Positions 11,572 to 21,198 of a DNA stretch of 64,000 nt are shown here, piece after piece. The DNA is from an uncultured bacterium (GTDB lineage Bacteria > Desulfobacterota_D > UBA1144 > Nemesobacterales > UBA2774), in assembly GCA_963825135.1 (NCBI GenBank), contig CAWGRW010000009.1:608001-672000 (forward strand), read 5' to 3'. A program made the translations under genes and the position numbers. The notes under the pieces are model-generated. The model had not been told where the DNA came from and made no database searches. It worked only from the letters and a program-made list of their open reading frames with translations. Numbering within the stretch: position 1 is the stretch's first letter; every line of letters starts with the position of its first letter.

Positions 11572-12426
11572 TTACAAGCCCGGGAAGGCCCTGGCCGACT
11601 CGAGCGTATTCCAGAGCAGCATCGCTATCGTCATGGGCCCCACTCCCCCCGGAACAGGAGTGATATAGGAGGCTTTTTTGCTCACCCCTTCAAAATCCAC
11701 GTCCCCCGTGAGCTTCCCGTCCTGACTGCGGTTTATACCCACGTCTATAACGACTGCACCTTCCTTGACCATATCGGCCGTAATAAAATTCGCGCGCCCG
11801 ATCGCGGCCACCAGAATGTCGGCCCTCCTCGTAACCTCGTCGAGCGGCTTCGTGCGGGAGTGGCAGATGGTCACGGTCGCATGCCGGTGGAGGAGGAGTA
11901 AGGAAACGGGCTTCCCCACTATGTTGCTCCTTCCGACCACGACCGCCTCCTTACCTTCTATGCCTATCTTATAAAAATCGAGCAGCTTCATTATCCCGTG
12001 CGGAGTACACGAGATGAACCTCGGCTTTCCCTCCACGAGGAGCCCCACGTTAAAAGGATGGAACCCGTCCACGTCTTTGAGCGGGGAAACAGCCCTCAGT
12101 ATCTTCGTTTCGTTTATCTGAGCGGGAAGCGGCAGCTGGACCAGGATGCCGTGTATGTTTTTATCCTCGTTTAGCCTGCCGACGAGTGAAAGCAGCTCTT
12201 CCTCGGTAGTTTCCCCGCCGAGCTTATGCTCTTCCGAATACATACCCGCCTCGGCGCAGGCTTTCCTTTTGTTCCTGACATATATTTCAGACGCGGGGTT
12301 GTCCCCAACGAGCACCGCCGCGAGACCCGCGGTTACCCCGGTCTCCCTCTTGAGCCTGTCGACTCCCGCCGCGACCTCATTCCTTATGTGCTGTGAAACG
12401 AGCTTCCCATCCATTAATTCGGCCAT
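11572..12426 (-). CDS. folD: Bifunctional methylenetetrahydrofolate dehydrogenase/cyclohydrolase
   Basis: YVRNK, GILVQLPLP, KDVDGFH, GRSNIVGKP, TPVPGGVGPMT. Confidence 0.98.
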   Translation of the reverse strand: MAELMDGKLVSQHIRNEVAAGVDRLKRETGVTAGLAAVLVGDNPASEIYVRNKRKACAEAGMYSEEHKLGGETTEEELLSLVGRLNEDKNIHGILVQLPLPAQINETKILRAVSPLKDVDGFHPFNVGLLVEGKPRFISCTPHGIMKLLDFYKIGIEGKEAVVVGRSNIVGKPVSLLLLHRHATVTICHSRTKPLDEVTRRADILVAAIGRANFITADMVKEGAVVIDVGINRSQDGKLTGDVDFEGVSKKASYITPVPGGVGPMTIAMLLWNTLESARAFPGL

Positions 12427-12442
12427 ATGCCGCTCCTTTTGA

Positions 12443-13243
12443 TCATTCGAATTTCCAGAAATGGTTTAACGGGCCGTGCCCACTGCCGAGATGAAAAGAG
12501 TGCATGATCGCGCGGGTGACGTAATCCTTCGCCTCCTTCACCGCGCCTTCGGGGGAGGACCCCCCGGCGAGCGCCGCGCAGACGGCCGCCGAATAGGTGC
12601 ACCCCGTGCCGTGCGTATTCACGGTTTCTATTCTCGGGGCTTTGAGCTCGTAATGGTCCCTGCCGTCATAAAAGATATCAATAGATTCAGGCGAATTCCC
12701 GAGATGCCCGCCTTTGACGACCACGTACTCGGGACCCATCGACTTTATGGCTTCAGCCGCCTGCTTCATTTGGGAAAGGGACGAGATTTTGAGCCGCGTA
12801 ATCTCTTCCGCTTCGGGAATATTGGGGGTCACGATATAGGCCAGGGGGAATAGTTCTTTCACCATCTGATCCCGGGCCGGGGCGTCCAGCAGCGGCTCGC
12901 CTCCCTTGGATATCATTACAGGGTCCACGACGAGCTTCCGGACACTATATTCCTTAATCTTCTTAGAAACCGCGGAAACGATTTCCTTATTCGACAGCAT
13001 CCCGGTCTTCACAGCGTCGGCCCCTATATCCCCCAGGACGGCATCGATCTGGAGCTCGACGAAGTCCCCCGGCAGGTCCTGTATGCCAAGAACCGACTCC
13101 GTATTCTGAGCGGTTACCGATGTGATAACCGACATCCCGAAGACCCTGAACGCCGTAAAGGTTTTGAGATCGGCCTGTATCCCCGCTCCTCCCCCCGAAT
13201 CCGAACCCGCAATTGTCAGTGCTCTAGGTACATTTCGACCCAC
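12443..13243 (-). CDS. thiD: Hydroxymethylpyrimidine/phosphomethylpyrimidine kinase
   Basis: [31 protein letters not shown]. Confidence 0.97.
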   Translation of the reverse strand: MGRNVPRALTIAGSDSGGGAGIQADLKTFTAFRVFGMSVITSVTAQNTESVLGIQDLPGDFVELQIDAVLGDIGADAVKTGMLSNKEIVSAVSKKIKEYSVRKLVVDPVMISKGGEPLLDAPARDQMVKELFPLAYIVTPNIPEAEEITRLKISSLSQMKQAAEAIKSMGPEYVVVKGGHLGNSPESIDIFYDGRDHYELKAPRIETVNTHGTGCTYSAAVCAALAGGSSPEGAVKEAKDYVTRAIMHSFHLGSGHGPLNHFWKFE

Positions 13244-13364
13244 GCCGGTTTATTCTACAAAGGTTTTGGAACCTTTACAAACAGGCTCTTTTCGCGCCCT
13301 AGACTAAATAAAATTTAAATGTAATATATTCTCAGCTAAAATTACCAAAGGAGATATCGGAGTT

Positions 13365-13781
13365 ATGGCAGAGATATCAGAGAAGGACGAAATTCTGTTC
13401 CCGGAGCTGTTCACGGTGGATAAAGAAGGCAGGGTCAGGCTTGTAGCCGGGTACTCGAAGGAATCGAATAACTGGACATTTCCAAAATACCTTGCCGATC
13501 CGGTGAGCTTCTCGGACGAAGTCGAAGAGAAACTCTTAAGCCCGACAGGAGAGCTGCATTCCTTTACGATTGTAAGGAGAAGCATGCCCGAGTTCCCCGT
13601 CCCGTATGCGCTCGCGCTCGTGGATTTCCCCGAGGGAGTCAGGGTAATGGCGCAGGTCGAAACGAGCGACCCGGAGGGACTGAAGATCGGCCAGAGGATG
13701 GGAGTAACCGTCGGGACGGTAAAAAAATCCAAGGACGGCAAGGACGTAAAATCTTATAAATTCGTCCCGCTCAAGAATTGA
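13365..13781 (+). CDS. DUF35-type OB-fold protein lacking the Zn-ribbon cysteines
   Basis: GELHSFTIV...PYALALVDFPEGVRVMAQV...IGQRMGV pattern. Confidence 0.75.
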   Translation: MAEISEKDEILFPELFTVDKEGRVRLVAGYSKESNNWTFPKYLADPVSFSDEVEEKLLSPTGELHSFTIVRRSMPEFPVPYALALVDFPEGVRVMAQVETSDPEGLKIGQRMGVTVGTVKKSKDGKDVKSYKFVPLKN

Positions 13782-13975
13782 TCCGGCCTTCCACGGGCGC
13801 AGCTGAACTCCATATCCCTGCGGCATCGTCGTATACCGAACACGGATGCGCGGCTGAATGCGTAATATAGTATTGCCGTGCGGCTCTTCGGACTCGCAGG
13901 GATAGTAAAATCCTTATTTACTTTTGCCGCTTTATCATTTATTCTGAAAGCAGTTTCACAAGAGCATCTGGCTAG

Positions 13976-14863
13976 ATGAAGAAACCTCTTCTGATACTCC
14001 CCTATATCGCATTACTAACCTTCATAATTCCTGTAACCGTTTTCTCAGCCAACTCGACTGAATCCAATCCGCAGGAAGAGCCGGCAGCCAAATTATCCGA
14101 CGAGAGAGACGACCTCCTGTCGGTCGAGGTGACGAGCACGAAGCTCCATCTCGTCCTGCTCGGGACGCTTACGAGCGGAGGAGTCCCCAAGGCCATGATA
14201 AAGAACCCCGTCACCGGGGACCTCGGTACTTATAGTCCGGGCGACACGCTGGACCTGGTCAATTCCGAAACAGTAAAGGTAGTAGAGATCTCCAACTGCG
14301 CCGTGCTCATAGAGAGGTCGGGAAACTTCGAGACCATGGAATGCGAGAATAAAATGCCTACCGTCGTCTTTAACAGGCCTTCCGCCCTCGCAAGATACAC
14401 GATCATCCTCCCGGAAGACGGCAGTACTAAATTTATCTTCTCGGACGAGTTCACCACGGATTACGACAAGGACATACTCTCCGTCAGCGAGAAACACGGG
14501 GTAGACCCTTATCTCGTGAAGGCCGTGATAAAGACCGAATCGAACTTCGACCCGAACGCCGTATCGCCCAAGAACGCACAGGGGATCATGCAGCTCATAC
14601 CCGGAACCGCTGACGATTACGGAGTGAGCGATCCCTTCGACGCCAAAGACAACATGGAGGGAGGCGTGCATTACTTAAAAGACCTTCTCGAATATTTCGA
14701 CGGAGACATGAGTCTGTCTCTCGCTGCGTATAATGCGGGAAAAGGGGCGGTCATTAAGAACGGCTTTTCCATACCCCCATATCCCGAGACGACGGACTAT
14801 ATCGCAAAAGTCCTCGGTTACTACAAATTGCTTAAAGCGAAAAGCTACGCCTTAAAAAGATAG
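13976..14863 (+). CDS. Lytic transglycosylase (SLT) with N-terminal GspC/PilP-like domain
   Basis: AVIKTESNFDPNAVS, GIMQLIP, LAAYNAG; signal peptide; LVLLGTL...AMIKN...YSPGD segment. Confidence 0.85.
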   Translation: MKKPLLILPYIALLTFIIPVTVFSANSTESNPQEEPAAKLSDERDDLLSVEVTSTKLHLVLLGTLTSGGVPKAMIKNPVTGDLGTYSPGDTLDLVNSETVKVVEISNCAVLIERSGNFETMECENKMPTVVFNRPSALARYTIILPEDGSTKFIFSDEFTTDYDKDILSVSEKHGVDPYLVKAVIKTESNFDPNAVSPKNAQGIMQLIPGTADDYGVSDPFDAKDNMEGGVHYLKDLLEYFDGDMSLSLAAYNAGKGAVIKNGFSIPPYPETTDYIAKVLGYYKLLKAKSYALKR

Positions 14864-14942
14864 AATACCGCGGCGCCGTTGAGGGATTCCATCCGCCCCT
14901 GCGATCTGGCTTCCGCTTTTCCAATGAGAGATGCGAACCTGT

Positions 14943-14971
14943 TTGACAAAGCCCCGTTCTTTATCTAAACT
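14943..14971 (+). promoter_or_regulatory. Sigma70 promoter for the tRNA gene
   Basis: TTGACA-17 nt-TAAACT just upstream of the tRNA. Confidence 0.65.
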
Positions 14972-14996
14972 TCTAAATTCACTAAACAAATTCGGA

Positions 14997-15070
14997 GGGC
15001 CCATAGCTCAGTTGGTTAGAGCGGCGGACTCATAATCCGTTGGTCCCTGGTTCGAGTCCGGGTGGGCCCA
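14997..15070 (+). tRNA. tRNA with CAT anticodon, probably tRNA-Ile2 (lysidine); CCA not encoded
   Basis: GGGCCCA/TGGGCCC acceptor stem, D-arm TAGCTCAGTTGGTTAGAGC, CTCATAA loop, GGTTCGAGTCC T-arm. Confidence 0.93.
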
Positions 15071-15230
15071 CACTTAGAAGAGGTTATCGTTCTTTAATGG
15101 GCGGAGAAGTCATAATAAGAATAACGATCAGACCCGAGACACCTGCTCCGATACCGGCTTCCCGATTTTCATCCAGATTTACCAAGACCCTTCTTTTCGA
15201 AAACAACGCGATAAAAATAAGGAGAAGAAT

Positions 15231-15959
15231 ATGAGAGACCAGATATCGGTTCTCGACACGCTCCAGCGTATAGATCTGGAGCTCAGTCAGCTGGAAGAGA
15301 ACCTTAGAGAATATCCCAAAATAATCTCGGAATTCGAGAAAGAAATCGACACCTCAAAGGGGAAGCTGAAACTTTCCACCGACAGCAAGGACGAGGTACT
15401 GAAGAATAAAGTCAGGATCGAGCAGGAAATATCCCAACATGAGGAACTGATCAAGAAATCGGAGCAAAAACTGTTCGAAATCAAGACTCATAAGGAATAC
15501 GAAGCCCTGCAAAAGGAAATCTCGGAGTCAAAGAGGAAGAACTCGGAGCTTGAAGAAAAGCTTTTGGAAAGCATGGAGAAACTGGAGAACATCGAAGCCC
15601 GGATATCCAGGGACCAGGAGGACCTCGCGAATAAAGAAAACGAATACAATGACAAGATCGCCGGTTTTAAGGAGAAGATAGAGGAGCTGACGTCCCTGTA
15701 TCAGCCTAAGAAAGAAGAGAAAGAAAAGATCGCTTCCAGCTTGAGCCCTGACATACTCCCCATATACGAGCGCGTTAAAAAGAGAAACGGGTTCGTGCTG
15801 GCCGTCGCGAGAAACGAGGTATGCATGGGATGCTATATGCACATTCCGGCGCAGCTCTTCAACGAAGTGCTCACCCTCTCAAGACTCATACAATGCCCCA
15901 GCTGTCAAAAATTTCTCTACTGCGAAGAAGAACTCAAGAGTGAAGCTAAAACAGGATAG
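15231..15959 (+). CDS. Coiled-coil C4-type zinc-ribbon protein (DUF164/CT398 family)
   Basis: Long coiled coil, KEYEALQKEI, CMGC...CPSC. Confidence 0.9.
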   Translation: MRDQISVLDTLQRIDLELSQLEENLREYPKIISEFEKEIDTSKGKLKLSTDSKDEVLKNKVRIEQEISQHEELIKKSEQKLFEIKTHKEYEALQKEISESKRKNSELEEKLLESMEKLENIEARISRDQEDLANKENEYNDKIAGFKEKIEELTSLYQPKKEEKEKIASSLSPDILPIYERVKKRNGFVLAVARNEVCMGCYMHIPAQLFNEVLTLSRLIQCPSCQKFLYCEEELKSEAKTG

Positions 15960-16383
15960 CCTTCCATTTAATAAAGCCGGCAATAAGCGCCTCGATATAT
16001 ATATAGACGGCGCGGCCAGAGGCAACCCGGGAGAATCAGGGATAGGGGTCCTGATAAGAGAGGAGAGCGGCGGTACCCGGGAGGTCAAAAAATACCTGGG
16101 CACCCGGACGAACAACCAGGCCGAATACACAGCCCTGATTACCGCACTCGAATCGGTCCACAACCATAAAAGCCAAGAGATACGAATATTTACAGACTCC
16201 CTGCTCCTCGCCAACCAGATGAACGGAATCTGGAAAGTTAAACATCCCGAGATCAAGGAGCTCTACACAAGGGCCAAAGGTTTACTCCAAGGATTCAGAC
16301 AGGTTACAATCAGCCATATCCCCAGGGAAGAGAACGGTGAGGCCGACAGGCTTGCGAATCTCGCCATTGATGAATATCTTTAA
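15940..16383 (+). CDS. rnhA: Ribonuclease HI family protein
   Basis: YIDGAARGNPG, TNNQAEY, TDS, HIPREEN.EADRLAN. Confidence 0.93.
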   Translation: MKLKQDSLPFNKAGNKRLDIYIDGAARGNPGESGIGVLIREESGGTREVKKYLGTRTNNQAEYTALITALESVHNHKSQEIRIFTDSLLLANQMNGIWKVKHPEIKELYTRAKGLLQGFRQVTISHIPREENGEADRLANLAIDEYL

Positions 16384-16390
16384 GGCAGAG

Positions 16391-16772
16391 GCAAGTGAGC
16401 CGGGCAGTCGCTGGTCAAAGCAGAAATGCGGAGACTGGAGGAAAGTCCGAACTCCGCAGGGCAGAGCGCTGGGTAACGCCCAGGTGTCGTGAGGCAACGG
16501 AAAGTGCCACAGAAAACAAACCGCCAATGCTTTTCGATCATGGAAAGCCGGTAAGGGTGAAAAGGCAGTGTAAGAGACTACCGCGCCCGCTGGCGACAGC
16601 GGGCGGCAAGGTAAACCCCGCTCGGAGCAAGACAAAATAGGGAAGCGATTTTCTTCGTGAAAGAGAGGACGGCCCGTCCGATGCTTCCGGGTATGTTGCA
16701 AGAGGCATTCAGTAATGAGTGCCCCAGATGAATGATTGTCCAAGACAGAATTCGGCTTACAGGCTCGCTTGC
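16391..16772 (+). ncRNA. rnpB: RNase P RNA (type A)
   Basis: GAGGAAAGTCC, GGAAAGTGCCACAGAAA, ACAGAATTCGGCTTA; complementary ends GCAAGTGAGCC / GGCTCGCTTGC. Confidence 0.96.
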
Positions 16773-16774
16773 TT

Positions 16775-17977
16775 CTAACTTATTTTCACAACCACGAATT
16801 CCTTCTTCCCTATCCTCACGCGGTGTGTGCCTTTATCGGGCATCGGCGAGTTTATATCGGCGACTCTTTCCCCGTCTACGCTCACCCCGCCCTGTGCGAT
16901 CAGCCTCTTCGCCTCGTTCCTGCTCTTGAGCTTCTCCGAGGACTCGACGACCAGATCGATGAGCGTCCAGGCGGCGTCATGCTTTATTGCGACCTCCCTC
17001 GCGTCGGGAGGGAAGTCCCTCTGTGAGAACTTCGTCGCAAAATCCTCCGCGGCCGCATTTGCCTTATCCGCGCCGTGGAGCCACGAAGTAAGCTCAAGCG
17101 CGAGCGCCATCTTCGCATCCATCGGATGTCCGTTCTTCAGACCCGATATTTCCTTATCCGTCCTGCGGGTCAATAACCCGTAGTATCTCCACATAAGGTC
17201 GTCAGGTATCGACATTATCTTCCCGTACATATCTACCGGCGTGTCCTCGACGGCGATGTAATTGTCGAGGGACTTCGACATCTTCCTCACTCCGTCGAGC
17301 CCTTCGAGGATAGGCAGCAGGATAGCCACCTGGGGCTCCTGGTCGAAATGCTTCTGCACCCCTCGTCCGAGGAGTATGTTGAATTTCTGGTCCGTCCCCC
17401 CGAACTCGACGTCCGATTTCATGTTGACGGAATCATAGGCCTGAATGAGGGGATACATGAACTCGTTAATCGAGATAGAAACGCCCGACTTGTAACGCTT
17501 GCTGAAGTCGTCCCTCTCCAGCATCCGGGCCACGGTTTCAAGCGAGGAAAGCCTGATAAACTCCTCGCCGCTCATTTTGCCGAGCCACGATGAATTGAAC
17601 ATGACCTCGGTCCTATCCCTGTCGAGTATCCTGAATACCTGTCTCTGGTAGGTAAGGGCGTTCTCCTCCACCTGCGCCTTCGTAAGGGGCGGCCTGGTCT
17701 CCGACCTGCCCGAGGGGTCCCCTATCATGGCCGTGAAGTCCCCGATGAGGAACATCACGGTGTGCCCCAGGTCCTGGAATTCCCGGAGCTTCTTCAACAA
17801 CACGCAATGACCGAGATGAAGGTCAGGGGCGGTGGGATCGAACCCGGCCTTAATTCTGAGCGGTACGCCCTTCACGCCCGACATCTTGAGCTTCGATAAT
17901 AGCTCGTCCTCGGAGATTATCTCCTCCGTCCCCCTCCTGATAATCTCCAGCTGTTCTTCCGGATCCTTGAACCTCAA
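16775..17977 (-). CDS. tyrS: Tyrosine--tRNA ligase
   Basis: [27 protein letters not shown]-terminal S4 domain. Confidence 0.98.
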   Translation of the reverse strand: MRFKDPEEQLEIIRRGTEEIISEDELLSKLKMSGVKGVPLRIKAGFDPTAPDLHLGHCVLLKKLREFQDLGHTVMFLIGDFTAMIGDPSGRSETRPPLTKAQVEENALTYQRQVFRILDRDRTEVMFNSSWLGKMSGEEFIRLSSLETVARMLERDDFSKRYKSGVSISINEFMYPLIQAYDSVNMKSDVEFGGTDQKFNILLGRGVQKHFDQEPQVAILLPILEGLDGVRKMSKSLDNYIAVEDTPVDMYGKIMSIPDDLMWRYYGLLTRRTDKEISGLKNGHPMDAKMALALELTSWLHGADKANAAAEDFATKFSQRDFPPDAREVAIKHDAAWTLIDLVVESSEKLKSRNEAKRLIAQGGVSVDGERVADINSPMPDKGTHRVRIGKKEFVVVKIS

Positions 17978-18132
17978 ATCTTTTTCCCTTTACTAAATAG
18001 TTTTAAACCGAGAAAGTCGTTCAAAAATATAGAATATCACGATTGATAGTCAATGGTGAGGTTTTTGTCCCGCGCATCACGGCGCTCGTTTCCGACTGTC
18101 TATAATTCGAACATTGGATACAATAATGACGC

Positions 18133-18663
18133 ATGATAACAGAAATTCACGGCCGGAAGCTGAGGCTCCTCATACCGGCCCCGGACATAGAAGAAAAGGT
18201 AAAGGAGCTGGGGAAGCGGATCACGGAGGATTACAGGGATAAAAACCCTATCCTGATAGGCATACTCAAGGGAGGGTTTATATTCTTGGCGGACCTCGTG
18301 AGACAGATCGATTTTAACGTCGAGATCGATTTCATAAGGGCATCGAGTTATAAAGAGGGCATGGAGCCCGGAGAGATAGAGCTTGTGACGGATACGGCCG
18401 CCCCGCTTAAAGGCAGGCACGTGGTGCTGGTGGAAGATATGCTCGATACGGGCATAACGCTCAATTTTTTAAAATCGGTGATTCTTTCCAGGGAACCCGC
18501 GTCCCTGAAAATATGCGCGCTCATGGACAAGAAAGAGAGGAGGCAGATAGAAATAGACGCCGACTATACGGGATTCAATATAAAAGAGGGATTCATAGTC
18601 GGGTACGGGACGGACTGCGGCGAGATGGGCCGGAACCTGCCGGGAGTATACGTCCTGGAATAG
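18133..18663 (+). CDS. hpt: Hypoxanthine phosphoribosyltransferase
   Basis: GILKGGFIFLADL, VEDMLDTGITL, FIVGYG. Confidence 0.93.
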   Translation: MITEIHGRKLRLLIPAPDIEEKVKELGKRITEDYRDKNPILIGILKGGFIFLADLVRQIDFNVEIDFIRASSYKEGMEPGEIELVTDTAAPLKGRHVVLVEDMLDTGITLNFLKSVILSREPASLKICALMDKKERRQIEIDADYTGFNIKEGFIVGYGTDCGEMGRNLPGVYVLE

Positions 18664-18765
18664 ACTCCGCCCTATCGCGTACGGCCGCACGGCGGGCAAA
18701 GCCCCGAAGTAAAATAACCTCTTCAGACCGGTTACAATAATCCTAAAACTTTACCGGAGAACGAC

Positions 18766-19227
18766 ATGAGCCTTAGGGAAAAGATACCCCAGGATTTAAA
18801 AGACGCTCTCAGAGGCAAAAGAGCCCTGGATCTCACCGTATTGAGGATGCTGCAGTCCGCCATTCGAAATAAGGAGATCGAAAAGGGTAAGAAAGAGCTG
18901 ACGGACGAGGAAGTCATCGAGGTCGTAGCGGCGGAGGTAAAAAAGAGAAAGGAAGCCGCCGCGGAATTTGAGAAAGTGAGCAGGCCGGAGGCAGCTCAGC
19001 AGGAGAAGGCTGAAGCCGAAATACTGATGAAGTATATGCCTGCTCAGATGAGTGAGGACGAGATCAGGACGGAAGTAAAGAAGGCCGTCACGGACTCGGG
19101 CGCAGCCGGGATGAAGGACCTGGGTAAAGTGATGAAAATAATCATTCCCGCCGTAAAGGGAAAAGCGGACGGGGCGCTAGTGAATAAAATCGTCAGGGAA
19201 GAGCTTGAGAAGCTCGAACAAAAGTAA
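18766..19227 (+). CDS. GatB/YqeY domain protein
   Basis: LRMLQSAIRNKEI, YMPAQMSEDEI, KDLGKVMK, GKADG. Confidence 0.93.
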   Translation: MSLREKIPQDLKDALRGKRALDLTVLRMLQSAIRNKEIEKGKKELTDEEVIEVVAAEVKKRKEAAAEFEKVSRPEAAQQEKAEAEILMKYMPAQMSEDEIRTEVKKAVTDSGAAGMKDLGKVMKIIIPAVKGKADGALVNKIVREELEKLEQK

Positions 19228-19335
19228 TACAAATTAAATGTAATTGCCGGCCGGAATAATGCATAATCCGTAAACTACCGCACCCGAGGACGGAAGACCT
19301 TATCAGGACCGGTCGTAAACCAAGAGGAGATCCAA

Positions 19336-21159
19336 ATGGCAGATTCGGCGAAGACGCTCAGATCCGGTTCGGAAGGCATCGTATGGGACCTTTCGGACCT
19401 CTACTCCGGGCTCGGCGATACCAGGATTGAGAGAGATGTAAAAGGCGTAATGACAAAATCGGCGGCGTTCGAGAAAAGCTACAGGGGCAAAATAAATAAA
19501 AAGACCATAAACGCCCCCACCCTTCTTAAAGCGGTACGGGAGCTCGAATCGATAAGCGAACAGATAGGCAAACTCCTTTCGTACGCATATCTGATTTTCG
19601 CCGCGGATACCGGAAAGCCGGAGCACGGGGCGTTTTTACAAAAAATTCAGGAGAAGGCGACCGAGGCGAGAAAGCATCTCATGTTCTTCGAGCTCGAATG
19701 GATCGCTTTGAATAATTCCAAGGCCGTAAAGCTTATAAACGACAAGAGACTCTCTCATTACCGCCATTTTTTAGAGCAGGAAAGGAGCTATAAACCGCAC
19801 AGGCTGAGCGAGCCTGAAGAGAAGATACTGGACGAAAAAGCCAATACCGGCTCGAGGGCCTTCAAGCGCCTCTTCGACGAGGTGCTCAACAATATACGGT
19901 TCGAAGTCAAACTCGAAGGCAGTCTCCGGTCCCTCAGCGAAACCGAGACCCTCGCGCTCCTCTACGACCCGGACCGAAAGAAACGGAAAGCGGCTGCCGG
20001 GGGTCTTACCGAAGGCCTTGTCCGGAATTCCCACGTGCTGACCTTCATATTCAACACGCTCGTTCAGGACCACTCCGTCAACGACCGCCTCCGCGCTTTT
20101 TCATATCCCATGGAGTCCCGCCACCTCGACAACGAAATAGATAAAGACACGGTCGAGGCGCTGATCTCCTCATGTGAAAAGAACTACGGTCTGGTCGAAA
20201 CATATTACAGGCTGAAAAAGAAACTCCTCAGACTCAAGAATTTCTATGACTATGACCGTTATTCCCCCTTGCTCCCGGAGTCAAAGACCATAAAATACGG
20301 AGACGGGAAGGATATCATCCTCTCATCGTTCGAAAAGTTCTCTCCCAGGATGTCCGGGACGGCGGAAAAGTTCTTCGACAGGAGCTGGATCGACGCCGAG
20401 ACGAGGGACGGCAAACGGGGAGGAGCGTTCAGCCACGGCACCGTCCCGAGCGCGCACCCTTATGTCTTTATCAACTATACCGGAAGGCTCCGTGACGTAA
20501 TGACGCTCGCGCACGAGCTCGGGCACGGGGTGCATCAGTACCTTTCCAGAAAACAGGGGTACTTTCAGTCGAATACCCCGCTTACGACGGCCGAGACGGC
20601 GAGCGTATTCGCCGAGATGCTCGTCTTCCACAAGTTGACCGAGACGGAAAAGGACCCGAAGACGAGGCTTTCACTCATCTGCAGCAAGCTTGAGGACATT
20701 TTCGCGACTGTTTTCCGCCAGGTGGTGCTGACCAGGTTCGAGGAAAGTCTCCATCTTAACAGAAAACAAAGGGGAGAGCTTCCCCGGGAGGAAATAAACA
20801 AGCTATGGATCGAGGCCAATAAGCCGATGTTCGGGGGCTCGGTCGAGCTCACGGAAGATTACAGCAACTGGTGGATGTACATACCGCACTTCATCCATTC
20901 GCCTTTTTACTGCTACGCGTATTCATTCGGCGAGCTCCTCGTGCTCGCTCTTTACCATAAATATTTGAACGAAGGCGATAAATTCGTCCCCCGGTACATA
21001 GAGCTCCTATCCGCTGGCGGAAGCGACGCCCCTGACGAGCTGCTAAAACGCGTGGGTGTCAATATAAAGGACCCCGGTTTCTGGCAGGGAGGTCTCGACC
21101 TGTTGAAGAATATGGTTGGGGAAGCGGTAAAGCTCGCGGACAAGCAGGATAAAGCCTGA
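19336..21159 (+). CDS. pepF: M3 family oligoendopeptidase F
   Basis: WDLSDLY, GKRGGAF, TLAHELGHGVH, PFYCYAY. Confidence 0.92.
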   Translation: MADSAKTLRSGSEGIVWDLSDLYSGLGDTRIERDVKGVMTKSAAFEKSYRGKINKKTINAPTLLKAVRELESISEQIGKLLSYAYLIFAADTGKPEHGAFLQKIQEKATEARKHLMFFELEWIALNNSKAVKLINDKRLSHYRHFLEQERSYKPHRLSEPEEKILDEKANTGSRAFKRLFDEVLNNIRFEVKLEGSLRSLSETETLALLYDPDRKKRKAAAGGLTEGLVRNSHVLTFIFNTLVQDHSVNDRLRAFSYPMESRHLDNEIDKDTVEALISSCEKNYGLVETYYRLKKKLLRLKNFYDYDRYSPLLPESKTIKYGDGKDIILSSFEKFSPRMSGTAEKFFDRSWIDAETRDGKRGGAFSHGTVPSAHPYVFINYTGRLRDVMTLAHELGHGVHQYLSRKQGYFQSNTPLTTAETASVFAEMLVFHKLTETEKDPKTRLSLICSKLEDIFATVFRQVVLTRFEESLHLNRKQRGELPREEINKLWIEANKPMFGGSVELTEDYSNWWMYIPHFIHSPFYCYAYSFGELLVLALYHKYLNEGDKFVPRYIELLSAGGSDAPDELLKRVGVNIKDPGFWQGGLDLLKNMVGEAVKLADKQDKA

Positions 21160-21198
21160 GCGCGGGATATTGCGGCGGCATCCCGCGGGGAAGAGCAA

